Source: Acidimicrobiia bacterium
Lineage (GTDB): Bacteria > Actinomycetota > Acidimicrobiia > Spongiisociales > ZC4RG35
NCBI GenBank assembly: GCA_035706345.1
Contig: DASSVE010000083.1
Coordinates: forward strand, 1-63,396
Length of the DNA stretch: 63,396 bases
Direction of reading: 5' to 3'
Part shown: positions 27,395 through 38,538 of the stretch, piece after piece
How the letters are laid out: each line of letters starts with the position of its first letter
How positions within the stretch are numbered: position 1 is the first letter of the stretch
Notes under the pieces: model-generated
Seen by the model: the letters and a program-made list of their open reading frames with translations, nothing else
Told to the model about the DNA's origin: nothing
The model's database searches: none
Made by a program: the position numbers and the translations under genes

Positions 27395-27619
27395 ATGAAG
27401 GTTCGCATAGGGATCAGCACCACCGACAAGGTCATCGAGCTCGAGGTCGACGACGCCAAGAAGTTCAAGGCGGACATCGAGCGGTCCCTGGCTGAGGGGG
27501 GCATGGGGTGGTTCACCGACTCCAAGGGCAGATCCGTCGGCATCCCCGCGACCAGTGTGGCCTTCATCGAGATCGAGGACTCTGACGCCACCCGCCGGGT
27601 GGGGTTCAGCCCGGGCTGA
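27395..27619 (+). CDS. DUF3107 family protein
   Basis: The ATG is at 27395 (74 aa). MKVRIGISTTDKVIELEVDD...SVGIPATSVAFIEIED matches the conserved actinobacterial DUF3107 pattern. Confidence 0.7.
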   Translation: MKVRIGISTTDKVIELEVDDAKKFKADIERSLAEGGMGWFTDSKGRSVGIPATSVAFIEIEDSDATRRVGFSPG

Positions 27620-27628
27620 CAAAGAAGA

Positions 27629-27647
27629 AGGGCGCCGACGGCGCCCT
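27629..27647 (-). terminator. Intrinsic terminator hairpin (bidirectional position, best for whiB strand)
   Basis: The stem AGGGCGCC / GGCGCCCT has a 3-nt loop. On the minus strand it is followed by TCTTCTTTG. It lies between the convergent DUF3107 and whiB stops. Confidence 0.6.
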
Positions 27648-27670
27648 CCTCGACAACAGGTTGGGTTCGG

Positions 27671-27949
27671 TCAGACGATGCTGCGACGGCGCCGCTCGGC
27701 GAGCCAACGCTTGCGAAGACGACGACGGTCGTCTTCGGCGTAGCCGCCCCAGACGCCTGACTCCTGGTTGGTTTCGAGGGCGTACTGGAGGCAATCTTCA
27801 CGAACCATGCAGCTGTTGCAGATGGCCACTGCGGCCTCGATCTGCTCCACGGCGGGACCGGTCGTCCCCACCGGGAAGAAGAGCGAAGGCTCCGAATCCC
27901 GACAGGAGGCGAGATCACGCCAATCTGTGGTGATGGTTGTGAGGGTCAA
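27671..27949 (-). CDS. whiB: WhiB-family (Wbl) Fe-S transcriptional regulator, WhiB1-like
   Basis: 92 aa. The four Cys are C-x22-C-x2-C-x5-C (ASCRDSEP...ICNSCMVREDC). The GVWGG turn and a basic tail are present. The start is TTG with AGGAA upstream. Confidence 0.9.
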   Translation of the reverse strand: MTLTTITTDWRDLASCRDSEPSLFFPVGTTGPAVEQIEAAVAICNSCMVREDCLQYALETNQESGVWGGYAEDDRRRLRKRWLAERRRRSIV

Positions 27950-27963
27950 TGTGTTCCTAACTT

Positions 27964-27979
27964 TGTGATCTTTTTCACA
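27964..27979. promoter_or_regulatory. CRP/FNR-type palindrome TGTGA-N6-TCACA upstream of whiB
   Basis: The perfect site TGTGAtcttttTCACA has extended arms CTTTGTGA/TCACAAGG. It lies in the AT-richer divergent gap between whiB (27949) and the GDPD gene (28081). Confidence 0.6.
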
Positions 27980-28080
27980 AGGGAATCGTCAGAGACTCAT
28001 CCCTGGGGTGCGTGGGGTTTCCGAGACCGAACGGTACTGTCCCCACTGGCGCTTGTAAACGGATTTCTCCGGATTGTTTC

Positions 28081-28764
28081 ATGACCAATCGTGTCGCCGT
28101 GGTCGGTCACCGAGGCTGGCCGACCCGGTTCCCGGACAACACGCTGAGCGGTTTGCTCGCTGCCGCCGATGTGGTCGACGCCGTCGAGATCGACGTCCGT
28201 CGCTCCGCCGACGGCAAGCTGGTGCTCGCCCACGACCCCCTGTTGGGGGGTCTGGTCGTGTCCGACACTCCCTGGTCGACCCTCATGGAGCTGGACCTCG
28301 GGGATGGTCATCACCCGATCCTGCTCGACGAGGCGCTGGCGGCCCTTCCGGGCACACCGGTTCAGCTCGAGGTGAAGAACTGGCCGATCGACCCCGGTTT
28401 CGAGCCCGATCATCGAATCGCGCTGGAGACGGCGGATCGAGCACGTCCCGGTGACGTGGTCACCTCATTCAACCCGGTGTCACTGGAGACGGTGCGTCGG
28501 GTGTTCCCCGACGTGCCAACCGGTCGCTGTGTGACGGCCGGCACTCCACTCGACGAGGCTGTCGAACACTGCTTGGACGCCGGCCATCGTGCCCTGGTTC
28601 CCGACGAGTCGATGCTGCACGAGGAGGTCCCGGCCGATCTCGAGGTCTATCCGTGGACCGTGAACGACCCGGTGCGGGCCCGGGAGTTGGTTGAGCTCGG
28701 GGTGACGGGCATCATTACTGACGATCCGGGTCTGGTGGCCGGCATCTTCAGGAGTCAGGAATGA
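28081..28764 (+). CDS. Glycerophosphodiester phosphodiesterase family protein
   Basis: The ATG is at 28081. VAVVGHRGWPTRFPDNTL...VEIDVRRSADGKLVLAHD is the GDPD signature. Confidence 0.85.
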   Translation: MTNRVAVVGHRGWPTRFPDNTLSGLLAAADVVDAVEIDVRRSADGKLVLAHDPLLGGLVVSDTPWSTLMELDLGDGHHPILLDEALAALPGTPVQLEVKNWPIDPGFEPDHRIALETADRARPGDVVTSFNPVSLETVRRVFPDVPTGRCVTAGTPLDEAVEHCLDAGHRALVPDESMLHEEVPADLEVYPWTVNDPVRARELVELGVTGIITDDPGLVAGIFRSQE

Positions 28765-29225
28765 CTATCCAGGAACAACTCACAGCCGAGCTCAGGGACG
28801 CGATGAAGCAGCGAGACGCGGCGCGACGAGACGTGATCAGGCAGGTCCAGACCGAGGCAGCCATCGCCAAGAGCCAGCCGGACTTCTCCGGTGAGGTCGA
28901 CGACGTCTTCTATCAGAAGGTCATCGCCGCCTACGTGAAGAAGATGGACAAGTCCCGCGAGGAGTACGAGTCGATCGGGGAGCGTGGCCAGGCAATGGCC
29001 GCCAAGCTCCGCTTCGAAGTCGAGTACCTGTCTCGTTGGCTCCCGAAGCGTCTCGGTGAGGAAGAGACCCGCCAACTGGTCCGCCAGGCGATCGAGGAGC
29101 TGGGGGTCGCCGGTAACGAAAAGGCGGCCGGCCAGGTGACCGGGCATCTGATGAAGACGCGCGGGGGAGAGCTCGATGGAGGTCTGGTCAACCGGTTGGT
29201 GAGGGAGGAACTGGCCGCCGGGTGA
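28761..29225 (+). CDS. GatB/YqeY domain-containing protein
   Basis: 154 aa. LTAELRDAMKQRDAARRDVIR...GQVTGHLMK is typical of YqeY-like proteins. The start overlaps the upstream stop. Confidence 0.8.
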   Translation: MTIQEQLTAELRDAMKQRDAARRDVIRQVQTEAAIAKSQPDFSGEVDDVFYQKVIAAYVKKMDKSREEYESIGERGQAMAAKLRFEVEYLSRWLPKRLGEEETRQLVRQAIEELGVAGNEKAAGQVTGHLMKTRGGELDGGLVNRLVREELAAG

Positions 29226-30166
29226 GACTTCCCGATTTCGAGCCCATGCTGGCCACGACCCGTGCCCGGCCATTCGACGATGAGAGATGGGTCTTCGAGG
29301 TCAAGTGGGACGGATATCGGGCGATCGTGGGCGCCGCCGACGGAAAGGTCCGAGCCCGTTCCCGCCGTGGCCTCGACTTGCTGAGACCGTTTCCTGAGAT
29401 GGGCCACGTCGAGATCCCCGACGGTGTCGTCGTGGACGGGGAGATAGTCGCCTTCGACGACGAGGGACGTCCCTCCTTCTCTTTGCTGCAGGGACGCACC
29501 GGTTTCGGTGGCACCGGCACGGGGTCCAAGGTGGGTGTGAACCTGGTCGTCTTCGACGTCCTGTTCCACGGCGAAGACATCACGGGTCTGCCCTACGAGG
29601 AGCGGCGAGCGGTGCTCGACAGCCTCGAGCTGGCACCCCCGGTAATCGTCCCACCGATCACCCCGACCCACGGCAGCTCGCTCTTCGAGGCCGTGAGGGA
29701 ACGGGGTATCGAAGGGATCGTCGCCAAACGTCTCGGCTCTCGTTACTCGCCGGGGCGTAGGAGCGAGGACTGGCAGAAGATCGCCATCCGGCACACGCTG
29801 CGCGCCGTCGTCGGCGGCTATCTGCCCGGAGATAGGAGCCGTTCCTCGACCTTCGGGTCGTTGTTGGCCGGTCTCTACGAACCGGCGGGGCTGCGCTGGA
29901 TCGGGGCGGTCGGTTCGGGCTTCACCGAGAGCACCCTGCAGGCGTTCCACTCGGCGCTGCGTCAGATCGAGAGACCCGAGAGCCCGTTCATCAACCCTGT
30001 GGTCATCCCGGGGCGGGCGCCGCCGGTCTGGGTGGAGCCGGCGATCGTGATCAATATCGAGTACAAGGAGTGGACCCACGACGACCACCTGCGGGCGCCG
30101 GTGTACAAAGGGGTGGAGATGGCGGACCCGGAGACGATCACCTGGGCCGACGAGGGGCCGGCCTGA
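29222..30166 (+). CDS. ATP-dependent DNA ligase (LigD ligase-domain / LigC type, stand-alone)
   Basis: 314 aa. The adenylation motif I is EVKWDGYR, and there is a C-terminal OB domain. The GTG start overlaps the yqeY-like stop (GTGA). Confidence 0.85.
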   Translation: MRLPDFEPMLATTRARPFDDERWVFEVKWDGYRAIVGAADGKVRARSRRGLDLLRPFPEMGHVEIPDGVVVDGEIVAFDDEGRPSFSLLQGRTGFGGTGTGSKVGVNLVVFDVLFHGEDITGLPYEERRAVLDSLELAPPVIVPPITPTHGSSLFEAVRERGIEGIVAKRLGSRYSPGRRSEDWQKIAIRHTLRAVVGGYLPGDRSRSSTFGSLLAGLYEPAGLRWIGAVGSGFTESTLQAFHSALRQIERPESPFINPVVIPGRAPPVWVEPAIVINIEYKEWTHDDHLRAPVYKGVEMADPETITWADEGPA

Positions 30167-30243
30167 TCGGATTCGTCCTCAGCCGCCGGTGACGGGGCTG
30201 AACGGGTGGAGCCTATTTGCTACCGGGTCTTCGGGGACTTGGC

Positions 30244-31476
<1,233 letters not shown>

Positions 31477-31535
31477 GGATCCCTTCCATCTCTCTACAGC
31501 CCGGCCCAACATAGTGGAAAAGCCCGGTCGCCGCC

Positions 31536-32734
<1,199 letters not shown>

Positions 32735-32735
<1 letters not shown>

Positions 32736-33592
32736 CAGCGCCCCGCGCTCTCGGCGAGGACCAGACCTCCGGCCAGACCCGACAGATCGCCGAGACCCGG
32801 TTTCGACACCAGGAGGTCGAGGTCAGGCTCTCCCGGGTAGCCGGCCAGTCGCCCGGCGAGATCGATGCGGACGCGATCGTGGAGACCGGGCAACCTGGCC
32901 ACTCCGCCCCCGATCACGATCCTCTCCGGGGCCACCGTGTAGACCAGGACCGCGAGACCCTGCGCCAGGTAGTGGGAGCAGAGATCGACCACCTCCTGGT
33001 TCCCCGGCCAGGTCACGGGTGGGCCGAATCGACGCTCCAGCGCCGGTCCCGACGCCAGACCCTCGAGACAATCACCGTGGTAGGCGCAGACACCGTCCAG
33101 ACGGTCACCGGTCTTCCGGCGCACCGGGACGTGGCCCGCCTCGGGATGCTCCCGGTGGCTGATGGGGCTGCCGGCGACCACGATGCCGGCGCCGATGCCG
33201 GTCCCCACGGTCACGTAGACGTGATCGGCCATGCCCTGAGTCGCCCCCCAACGGCCCTCACCCAGGGCGGCAGCGTTCACGTCGGTGTCGAGGATCACGG
33301 GGGCGTTCAGCCCTCCGGTCAGGATCTCGAGCAGAGGGGTCCCGCTCCATCCCGGCTTGGGAGTCGAGCGAAGGGAGCCGAAGCGGGGGCTCCGACGATC
33401 GAGGTCGAGAGGCCCGAAAGCGCCGACGCCGACGGCGGGAAGGTCCATGCCTGCGAAGAACTCGATGACCGCACCCAGCGTCGTTTCGGGATCGGTGGTC
33501 GGGATGCGCTCCCGGTCCAGATCGTCCGGCGACGAGCCCACACCGACATCGGTCTTGGTCCCTCCGATCTCGACGGTTCCGTACCGGGTCAC
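32735..33592 (-). CDS. ROK family sugar kinase (fructokinase/Mak-like)
   Basis: The motifs EIGGTKTDVG, the ROK signature and the Zn motif CAYHGDCLE are present. The start is set at GTG 33592. TTG 33643 is the longest alternative but would overlap the operator-like palindromes. The stop overlaps the DUF4032 ATG. Confidence 0.8.
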
Positions 33593-33641
33593 GGGCGGGG
33601 ACTCTAGGAGTGCCCCTGTTTCGCTTGACAGGACTGCCGCC

Positions 33642-33664
33642 AACTTTGTAAGTTCACTGAACTT
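33642..33664. promoter_or_regulatory. Overlapping AT-rich inverted repeats (candidate ROK-repressor operator)
   Basis: The sequence AACTT-tgt-AAGTT-cactg-AACTT lies in the divergent gap between the ROK kinase gene and the ROK regulator gene (GTG 33679, GAGGAGG SD). Confidence 0.45.
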
Positions 33665-33678
33665 TCATTGAGGAGGCA

Positions 33679-34854
33679 GTGGCGGACACTCCCGGTTCCG
33701 GTGATCGGCGTCACACCAAGGCGACCAGACACGACTCGCGGCAGAGCAATCTGCGCACCACGTTGGAACTGGTGTCCCGTCAAGGCGCCACCAGCCGGGC
33801 CGAGATCGCCCGTCAGACCGGGCTCTCCCGGGCGGCGGTCTCCAGCCTCGTCGGCGAGCTCATCGACCAGAGTCTGCTCCGGGAACTGGGTCAGGGGGCC
33901 TCAGCCGGTGGCAAACCCCCGACTCTCCTCGCTCTCAACGAACGGGCCCGGGAGATCATCGCAGTCGATCTGGGGCATCAGCCTTTCCTCGCAGCCCTCG
34001 TCGACCTCACCGGCCGCATCCATGAGCGCAGCCAGGCGGACGCAGCAACGGGTGGGCTTGCCGGTGATCAGGCGGTCGAAGCGGCGGCGCAGATCATCTC
34101 CGAGATGCTGGGCCAGGCCACCGCGCCTGTCCTGGGCATCGGAATCGGCGCCCCCGGTGTCATCGCACCGGATGGATGGGTGCTGGAGTCTTCCAACCTG
34201 GAGTGGCACGGTCTCGATTTGGGCGCCGAGCTGAGGGCCCGGTTCGACATCCCGGTCTCCATCGCCAACGACGCCGCCATGGCGGCCCTCGCCGAGTTCA
34301 GACGTCACCCGACCGATCGGAACCTGATACTGGTCAAGATGGGCCGGGGGGTCGGGGCCGGCCTGGTCCTCGACGGCTCTCTCTACCGCGGGCAGCACTC
34401 CGCCGCCGGTGAGATCGGCCATGTCCGTGTCCGCGACGACGGAGTCGTCTGCGGCTGTGGCCGGAGGGGCTGTCTCGAGACCGTGGCCGGCGTCCCGGCG
34501 ATCATGGATGCCATCGGAGCCGACCCGGAACGGGACCCCTGGGACGCCCTGGCGCTGGCCGGTCTGTACGACGAGGCCGATCTCCGCGCTGCCCTGGTCG
34601 ATGCGGGCCGGGCCGTGGGCGCGGCACTGGCAGGCGTGGTGGCATCGCTCGATGTCAGCCATGTCATCCTCGCCCCCGAGTTGCGCAACGCCAGCGACAT
34701 CCTGGTCGAGGCGGTCCGGGAGGAGCTGAGGAGCAGGATCCTCCCCACCACCGCAGACCTCGTCGAAGTCGAGGCCACCCAACTGAGTGGCGATCTCGTT
34801 CTCTCCGGTGCGGCCTCGGCCGTCCTCGTCGATCGTCTCGGGGCGGTGCTCTGA
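33679..34854 (+). CDS. ROK family transcriptional regulator (NagC/XylR type)
   Basis: 391 aa. The N-terminal wHTH is NLRTTLELVSRQGATSRAEIARQTGLSRAAVSSLVGELI. A ROK sugar-binding domain with the CGCGRRGCLE Zn motif follows. Confidence 0.85.
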   Translation: MADTPGSGDRRHTKATRHDSRQSNLRTTLELVSRQGATSRAEIARQTGLSRAAVSSLVGELIDQSLLRELGQGASAGGKPPTLLALNERAREIIAVDLGHQPFLAALVDLTGRIHERSQADAATGGLAGDQAVEAAAQIISEMLGQATAPVLGIGIGAPGVIAPDGWVLESSNLEWHGLDLGAELRARFDIPVSIANDAAMAALAEFRRHPTDRNLILVKMGRGVGAGLVLDGSLYRGQHSAAGEIGHVRVRDDGVVCGCGRRGCLETVAGVPAIMDAIGADPERDPWDALALAGLYDEADLRAALVDAGRAVGAALAGVVASLDVSHVILAPELRNASDILVEAVREELRSRILPTTADLVEVEATQLSGDLVLSGAASAVLVDRLGAVL

Positions 34855-35816
34855 TGACAACGACGATCGGGGTCGACGTCGGTGGCTCCTCGGTCGAGGC
34901 AGTGGTCCGCGACCTGTCCGGCCAGGTCCTCGAGCGACATCATCACCTCGAGCGACTCCAGGGCGGATCCCAGGTGGCTGCCATGGTCGTGTCCGCGGCC
35001 CGCGCCCTCGACCTCGCCGATTGCATCGCGGTTGGTGTGGGCGTCCCCGGTCAGGTCGATCGAGACACCGGGAAGGTGCGTCTCGCCGTGAACCTCGGGA
35101 TCGGCGTGGAACCCTTCGACCTCGTGTCCGCGGTCGAGAACGAGCTCGGTCTGCCGGTGGTAATCGAGAACGACGTGCGTGCGGCCGCCCTCGGGGCATA
35201 CGAGTCCCTGACCCTGGCCGGGCAGAGACCGGACAGTCTCGCCCTCATGTCGATCGGGACCGGGATCTCGGCCGGTGTCGTGATCGGAGGGATCCTGGTC
35301 CGTGGAGCGCAGGGCATGGCAGGCGAGGTCGGGCACGTCGTGGTCGACGAGAACGGACCGGTCTGCCGTTGCGGTCAGCGGGGATGCCTCGAAGCCATGG
35401 CCGCCGGCCCCGCCATCGGTCGGGCCTGGCCGCGCGGCGACTCCGACGCCGCGGCGACTGCCCTGTTCGGGGCGGCGGCAGCAGGAGACCCGGCCGCGGC
35501 CAAGGTGGCCTCCCGCATCACGGGCCACATCACGACCGCGCTGACCTGGCTGGCCGCTGCCTACGACACCGAGGTCGTGGTGCTGGCGGGCGGAGTGGCC
35601 TCGGTTGGGGAGGATTTCCTGAGCGTCGTCAGGAGTCAGATCGCGGAGCGAGCCGCCACCTCGGAACTGGCGGCGCGGCGTCTGCGACCCGACCAGGTGG
35701 TCCTGGCCGATAGGCTCGACCCCCCAGGACCGCGAGGGGCCGCATTGCTGGCCTCCGGTCTTAGTCTTCCAGAGCGGGTGTCACCCGCGAGCAAGCAAGC
35801 AAGTAACACCAAGTGA
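34854..35816 (+). CDS. ROK family glucokinase-like sugar kinase
   Basis: 320 aa. The motifs IGVDVGGSS, GMAGEVGH and CRCGQRGCLE are present. The start overlaps the regulator stop. Confidence 0.8.
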   Translation: MTTTIGVDVGGSSVEAVVRDLSGQVLERHHHLERLQGGSQVAAMVVSAARALDLADCIAVGVGVPGQVDRDTGKVRLAVNLGIGVEPFDLVSAVENELGLPVVIENDVRAAALGAYESLTLAGQRPDSLALMSIGTGISAGVVIGGILVRGAQGMAGEVGHVVVDENGPVCRCGQRGCLEAMAAGPAIGRAWPRGDSDAAATALFGAAAAGDPAAAKVASRITGHITTALTWLAAAYDTEVVVLAGGVASVGEDFLSVVRSQIAERAATSELAARRLRPDQVVLADRLDPPGPRGAALLASGLSLPERVSPASKQASNTK

Positions 35817-35841
35817 GCAAGCAACAGGAGGAGCGGAAAGT

Positions 35842-37314
35842 ATGAAAAACCGTACCTGGCTGGCTCTGTTGTTGGTGCTGGGGCTCGTCCTCGCCGCCTG
35901 CGGCGATGGCGGTAGCGCCGACACGACCGAGGGCGGAGAAGCCCCGGCGACGACAGAACCTGCCGACGGAGGGACCGACACGACGGAGGGAGGTGACACG
36001 GGTACCACCGGCGCTCCTGGCGAAGGCACGGGCTATACCGAGCTCGACCAGGCCCTGGCCGGCGAGTTCGAGGGCACCAGCGTCACCGTCTGGGCGCAGT
36101 GGCTGCCCGAGTCCGTCGAGGCGGCCAACTTCACGGCGACCATCCAGCCGTTCATCGATCAGACCGGTATCCAGGTCGACTTCCAGCCGACCCCGGACTA
36201 CGAGACGGCGCTCCAGGTGGCGGTCGATGGCGGCAACGCCCCCGACATCGCCCAGATCGCCCAGCCCGGGAAGATGCACCAGTACGCCGAGGCCGGCTCC
36301 CTGGCGCCACTCGACTTCTTCAACGTCGAGAAGCTGGAGGCCGACATGGTGCCCGCGTTCTTCGAGCTCGGTCACTACAACGACACCCTGTACGGGATCT
36401 ACTACAAGACCGACGTGAAGTCGATCGTGTGGTACCCGGTGCAGGCGTTTGCCGACAACGGCTACGAGGTCCCGACCACTTGGGACGAGCTGATCGCTCT
36501 CAGCGACCAGATCATCGCCGACGGCAACGGGAACCCCTGGTGTATCTCGATCGAGAGCCAGGAGGCCGATGGATGGGTGGCTACCGACTGGATGGAGGAC
36601 ATCCTGCTGCGCACGGCGCCGTATGAGGTCTACAACCAGTGGATCAACCACGAGATCCCGTTCAATGACCCAGAGGTGCTCGAGGCTGCGGACTACATGT
36701 CCCAGATCTGGTTCACGCCGGACTACGCCTACGGCGGGAACACGTACATCAACGCCACCTGGATCGGTGAGACCCAGGACCCGATGTTCGCCGAAGGCGG
36801 GCCTCAGTGCTGGATGCAGAAGCAAGCCGCATGGATCGGTGGCTTCTGGGGTGAGAACCGCGACTTCATCGCGAACAACCCCGATGCCCCGCCCTCCGAG
36901 TGGCCCAACGTCCCCGGTGAGGATGTGGACTTCTTCTACTTCCCACAGATCGAGGAGGAGTTCGGCACCCCGGTGCTCGGCGCCGCCGACATGTTCGTCG
37001 CCTTCGCCGATCGTCCCGAGGTCCGGGCACTGCTGGAGTGGTTCGCCACACCCGAGGCCGCACAGGGCTGGATCGAGCGTGGTGGCTTCCTGTCACCGCT
37101 GACCACCGTCCCGGCCGAGTGGTACACCTACCCGAACGACGGTCTCTCCGTCATGGTGCAGAACGCCACCAACGTCGGTTTCGACGCTTCGGACCTGATG
37201 CCGGCATCGGTCGGCGCCGGTACGTTCTGGAGCGGCATGATCGACTGGGTCGCCGCCAACGGTGAGAACACCGAGGAGGTGTTCCAGGCAATCGAAGACA
37301 GCTGGCCCAGCTAA
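35842..37314 (+). CDS. Carbohydrate ABC transporter substrate-binding lipoprotein
   Basis: 490 aa. It has the lipobox LVLAAC|G, a Thr/Gly-rich linker and an SBP family-1-like body. A strong SD GGAGGAG lies upstream. Confidence 0.8.
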   Translation: MKNRTWLALLLVLGLVLAACGDGGSADTTEGGEAPATTEPADGGTDTTEGGDTGTTGAPGEGTGYTELDQALAGEFEGTSVTVWAQWLPESVEAANFTATIQPFIDQTGIQVDFQPTPDYETALQVAVDGGNAPDIAQIAQPGKMHQYAEAGSLAPLDFFNVEKLEADMVPAFFELGHYNDTLYGIYYKTDVKSIVWYPVQAFADNGYEVPTTWDELIALSDQIIADGNGNPWCISIESQEADGWVATDWMEDILLRTAPYEVYNQWINHEIPFNDPEVLEAADYMSQIWFTPDYAYGGNTYINATWIGETQDPMFAEGGPQCWMQKQAAWIGGFWGENRDFIANNPDAPPSEWPNVPGEDVDFFYFPQIEEEFGTPVLGAADMFVAFADRPEVRALLEWFATPEAAQGWIERGGFLSPLTTVPAEWYTYPNDGLSVMVQNATNVGFDASDLMPASVGAGTFWSGMIDWVAANGENTEEVFQAIEDSWPS

Positions 37315-37398
37315 CGGGCCAGCCTGATGTGTAAGGTCCCGGGTCGTGAGGCCCGGGACCTCACGCTTTTCTGGTTCAACTCGAGGAGGTGACGACCC

Positions 37399-38538
37399 TT
37401 GGCGGAGGCGATGACATCGAACCAGACCGGGTTCAAGGTTCTTCGTGCGCTGGTAGTGGCGGCCATCACCTTCGTCATCCTCTGGCTCGGTCTCCGCTTC
37501 CTCAGCAACCCGGTCGCATTCCAGAACTTCCCCCCGACCGTCTCCAAGCTGATTCAGGCTCTCATCGCCGTGGTGCTCGGCGTCGTCGGGATCTGGGCGT
37601 TGTTCTACGCCGGAAACACGATCCTCGAGGCGCTTCCGTCCCGGGCCACTGAGATCCTCAGGCCCTATCTGTTCGTGCTTCCCGCCGTGGCGGTGGTCGG
37701 TCTCTATCTCATCTATCCCACAGTCGACACCGTGGCCACCAGCTTCACCGAGGTCCCTGAGGACGCAGGGCCCTTCTTCAACTATCAGGAGGCCTTCACC
37801 AACCCAGACGTCCTCACCGCCCTGCGCAACAACTTCATCTGGCTGCTGGTGGCACCGCTCGTCTCGGTGGTGATCGGGCTCATCTTCGCCGGGCTGGTCG
37901 ATCGGGTCCGGCTGGAGTCTCTGGCCAAGTCGTTCGTGTTCATGCCGTTGGCCATCTCATTCGTGGGCGCCGCGGTCATCTGGAAGTTCGTCTATGCGTG
38001 GAAACCGGCAGGCCAGCCACAGATCGGGCTGCTGAACGCCTTCTGGATGTGGGCCGGTGGCTTCCTGGTCGATTGGGGATGGATCGAGCAAGTGGAACCG
38101 ATCCCATGGCTCCAGATCCCGTTCTGGACCACTTTCCCCCTCATCGGGATCATGATCTGGCTCCAGGTGGGATTTGCCATGGTGGTGCTCTCGGCGGCGA
38201 TCAAGGGCGTCCCCACGGAGTTGACCGAGGCGGCCCGCATCGACGGGGCGACCGAGCGTCAGATCTTCTTCAAGATCACCGTCCCCTCGATCTGGGGTGC
38301 GTTGCTCACGGTCTACACGACTATCGCCATCGCCGTGCTGAAGGTGTTCGACATCGTGTTCGTCACCACCGGCGGCAACCTCGACACGTCGGTGGTCGCG
38401 GTCCGGATGTATCAGGAGATGTTCCGATACCGGAACTTTGGGCAGGCGACCACCATGGCCGTCATCCTCCTGGTGGCCGTCATCCCGATCATGGTGGTCA
38501 ATATCCGCAATCTGAGAAGACAGGGAGTTGGGGCATGA
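37399..38538 (+). CDS. Carbohydrate ABC transporter permease (MalF-like)
   Basis: 379 aa and polytopic. It carries the EAA-loop motif TEAARIDGATERQIFFKITVP. Confidence 0.85.
   Translation: MAEAMTSNQTGFKVLRALVVAAITFVILWLGLRFLSNPVAFQNFPPTVSKLIQALIAVVLGVVGIWALFYAGNTILEALPSRATEILRPYLFVLPAVAVVGLYLIYPTVDTVATSFTEVPEDAGPFFNYQEAFTNPDVLTALRNNFIWLLVAPLVSVVIGLIFAGLVDRVRLESLAKSFVFMPLAISFVGAAVIWKFVYAWKPAGQPQIGLLNAFWMWAGGFLVDWGWIEQVEPIPWLQIPFWTTFPLIGIMIWLQVGFAMVVLSAAIKGVPTELTEAARIDGATERQIFFKITVPSIWGALLTVYTTIAIAVLKVFDIVFVTTGGNLDTSVVAVRMYQEMFRYRNFGQATTMAVILLVAVIPIMVVNIRNLRRQGVGA

Noticed and set aside
33901-35528. Two long minus-strand ORFs (432 aa and 381 aa) across the ROK regulator/kinase genes
   Set aside because: The plus-strand frames contain canonical ROK motifs and wHTH. 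The minus-strand products are Arg/Gly/Pro-rich with no motifs.
35791-35825. (GCAA)3 tetranucleotide run and GAGCAAGCAAC repeat at the end of the glucokinase-like gene, just upstream of the SBP gene
   Set aside because: Only three units are present, which is too short for slipped-strand phase variation. It encodes the C-terminal KQAS residues and lies in an ordinary RBS-proximal AT-richer patch.
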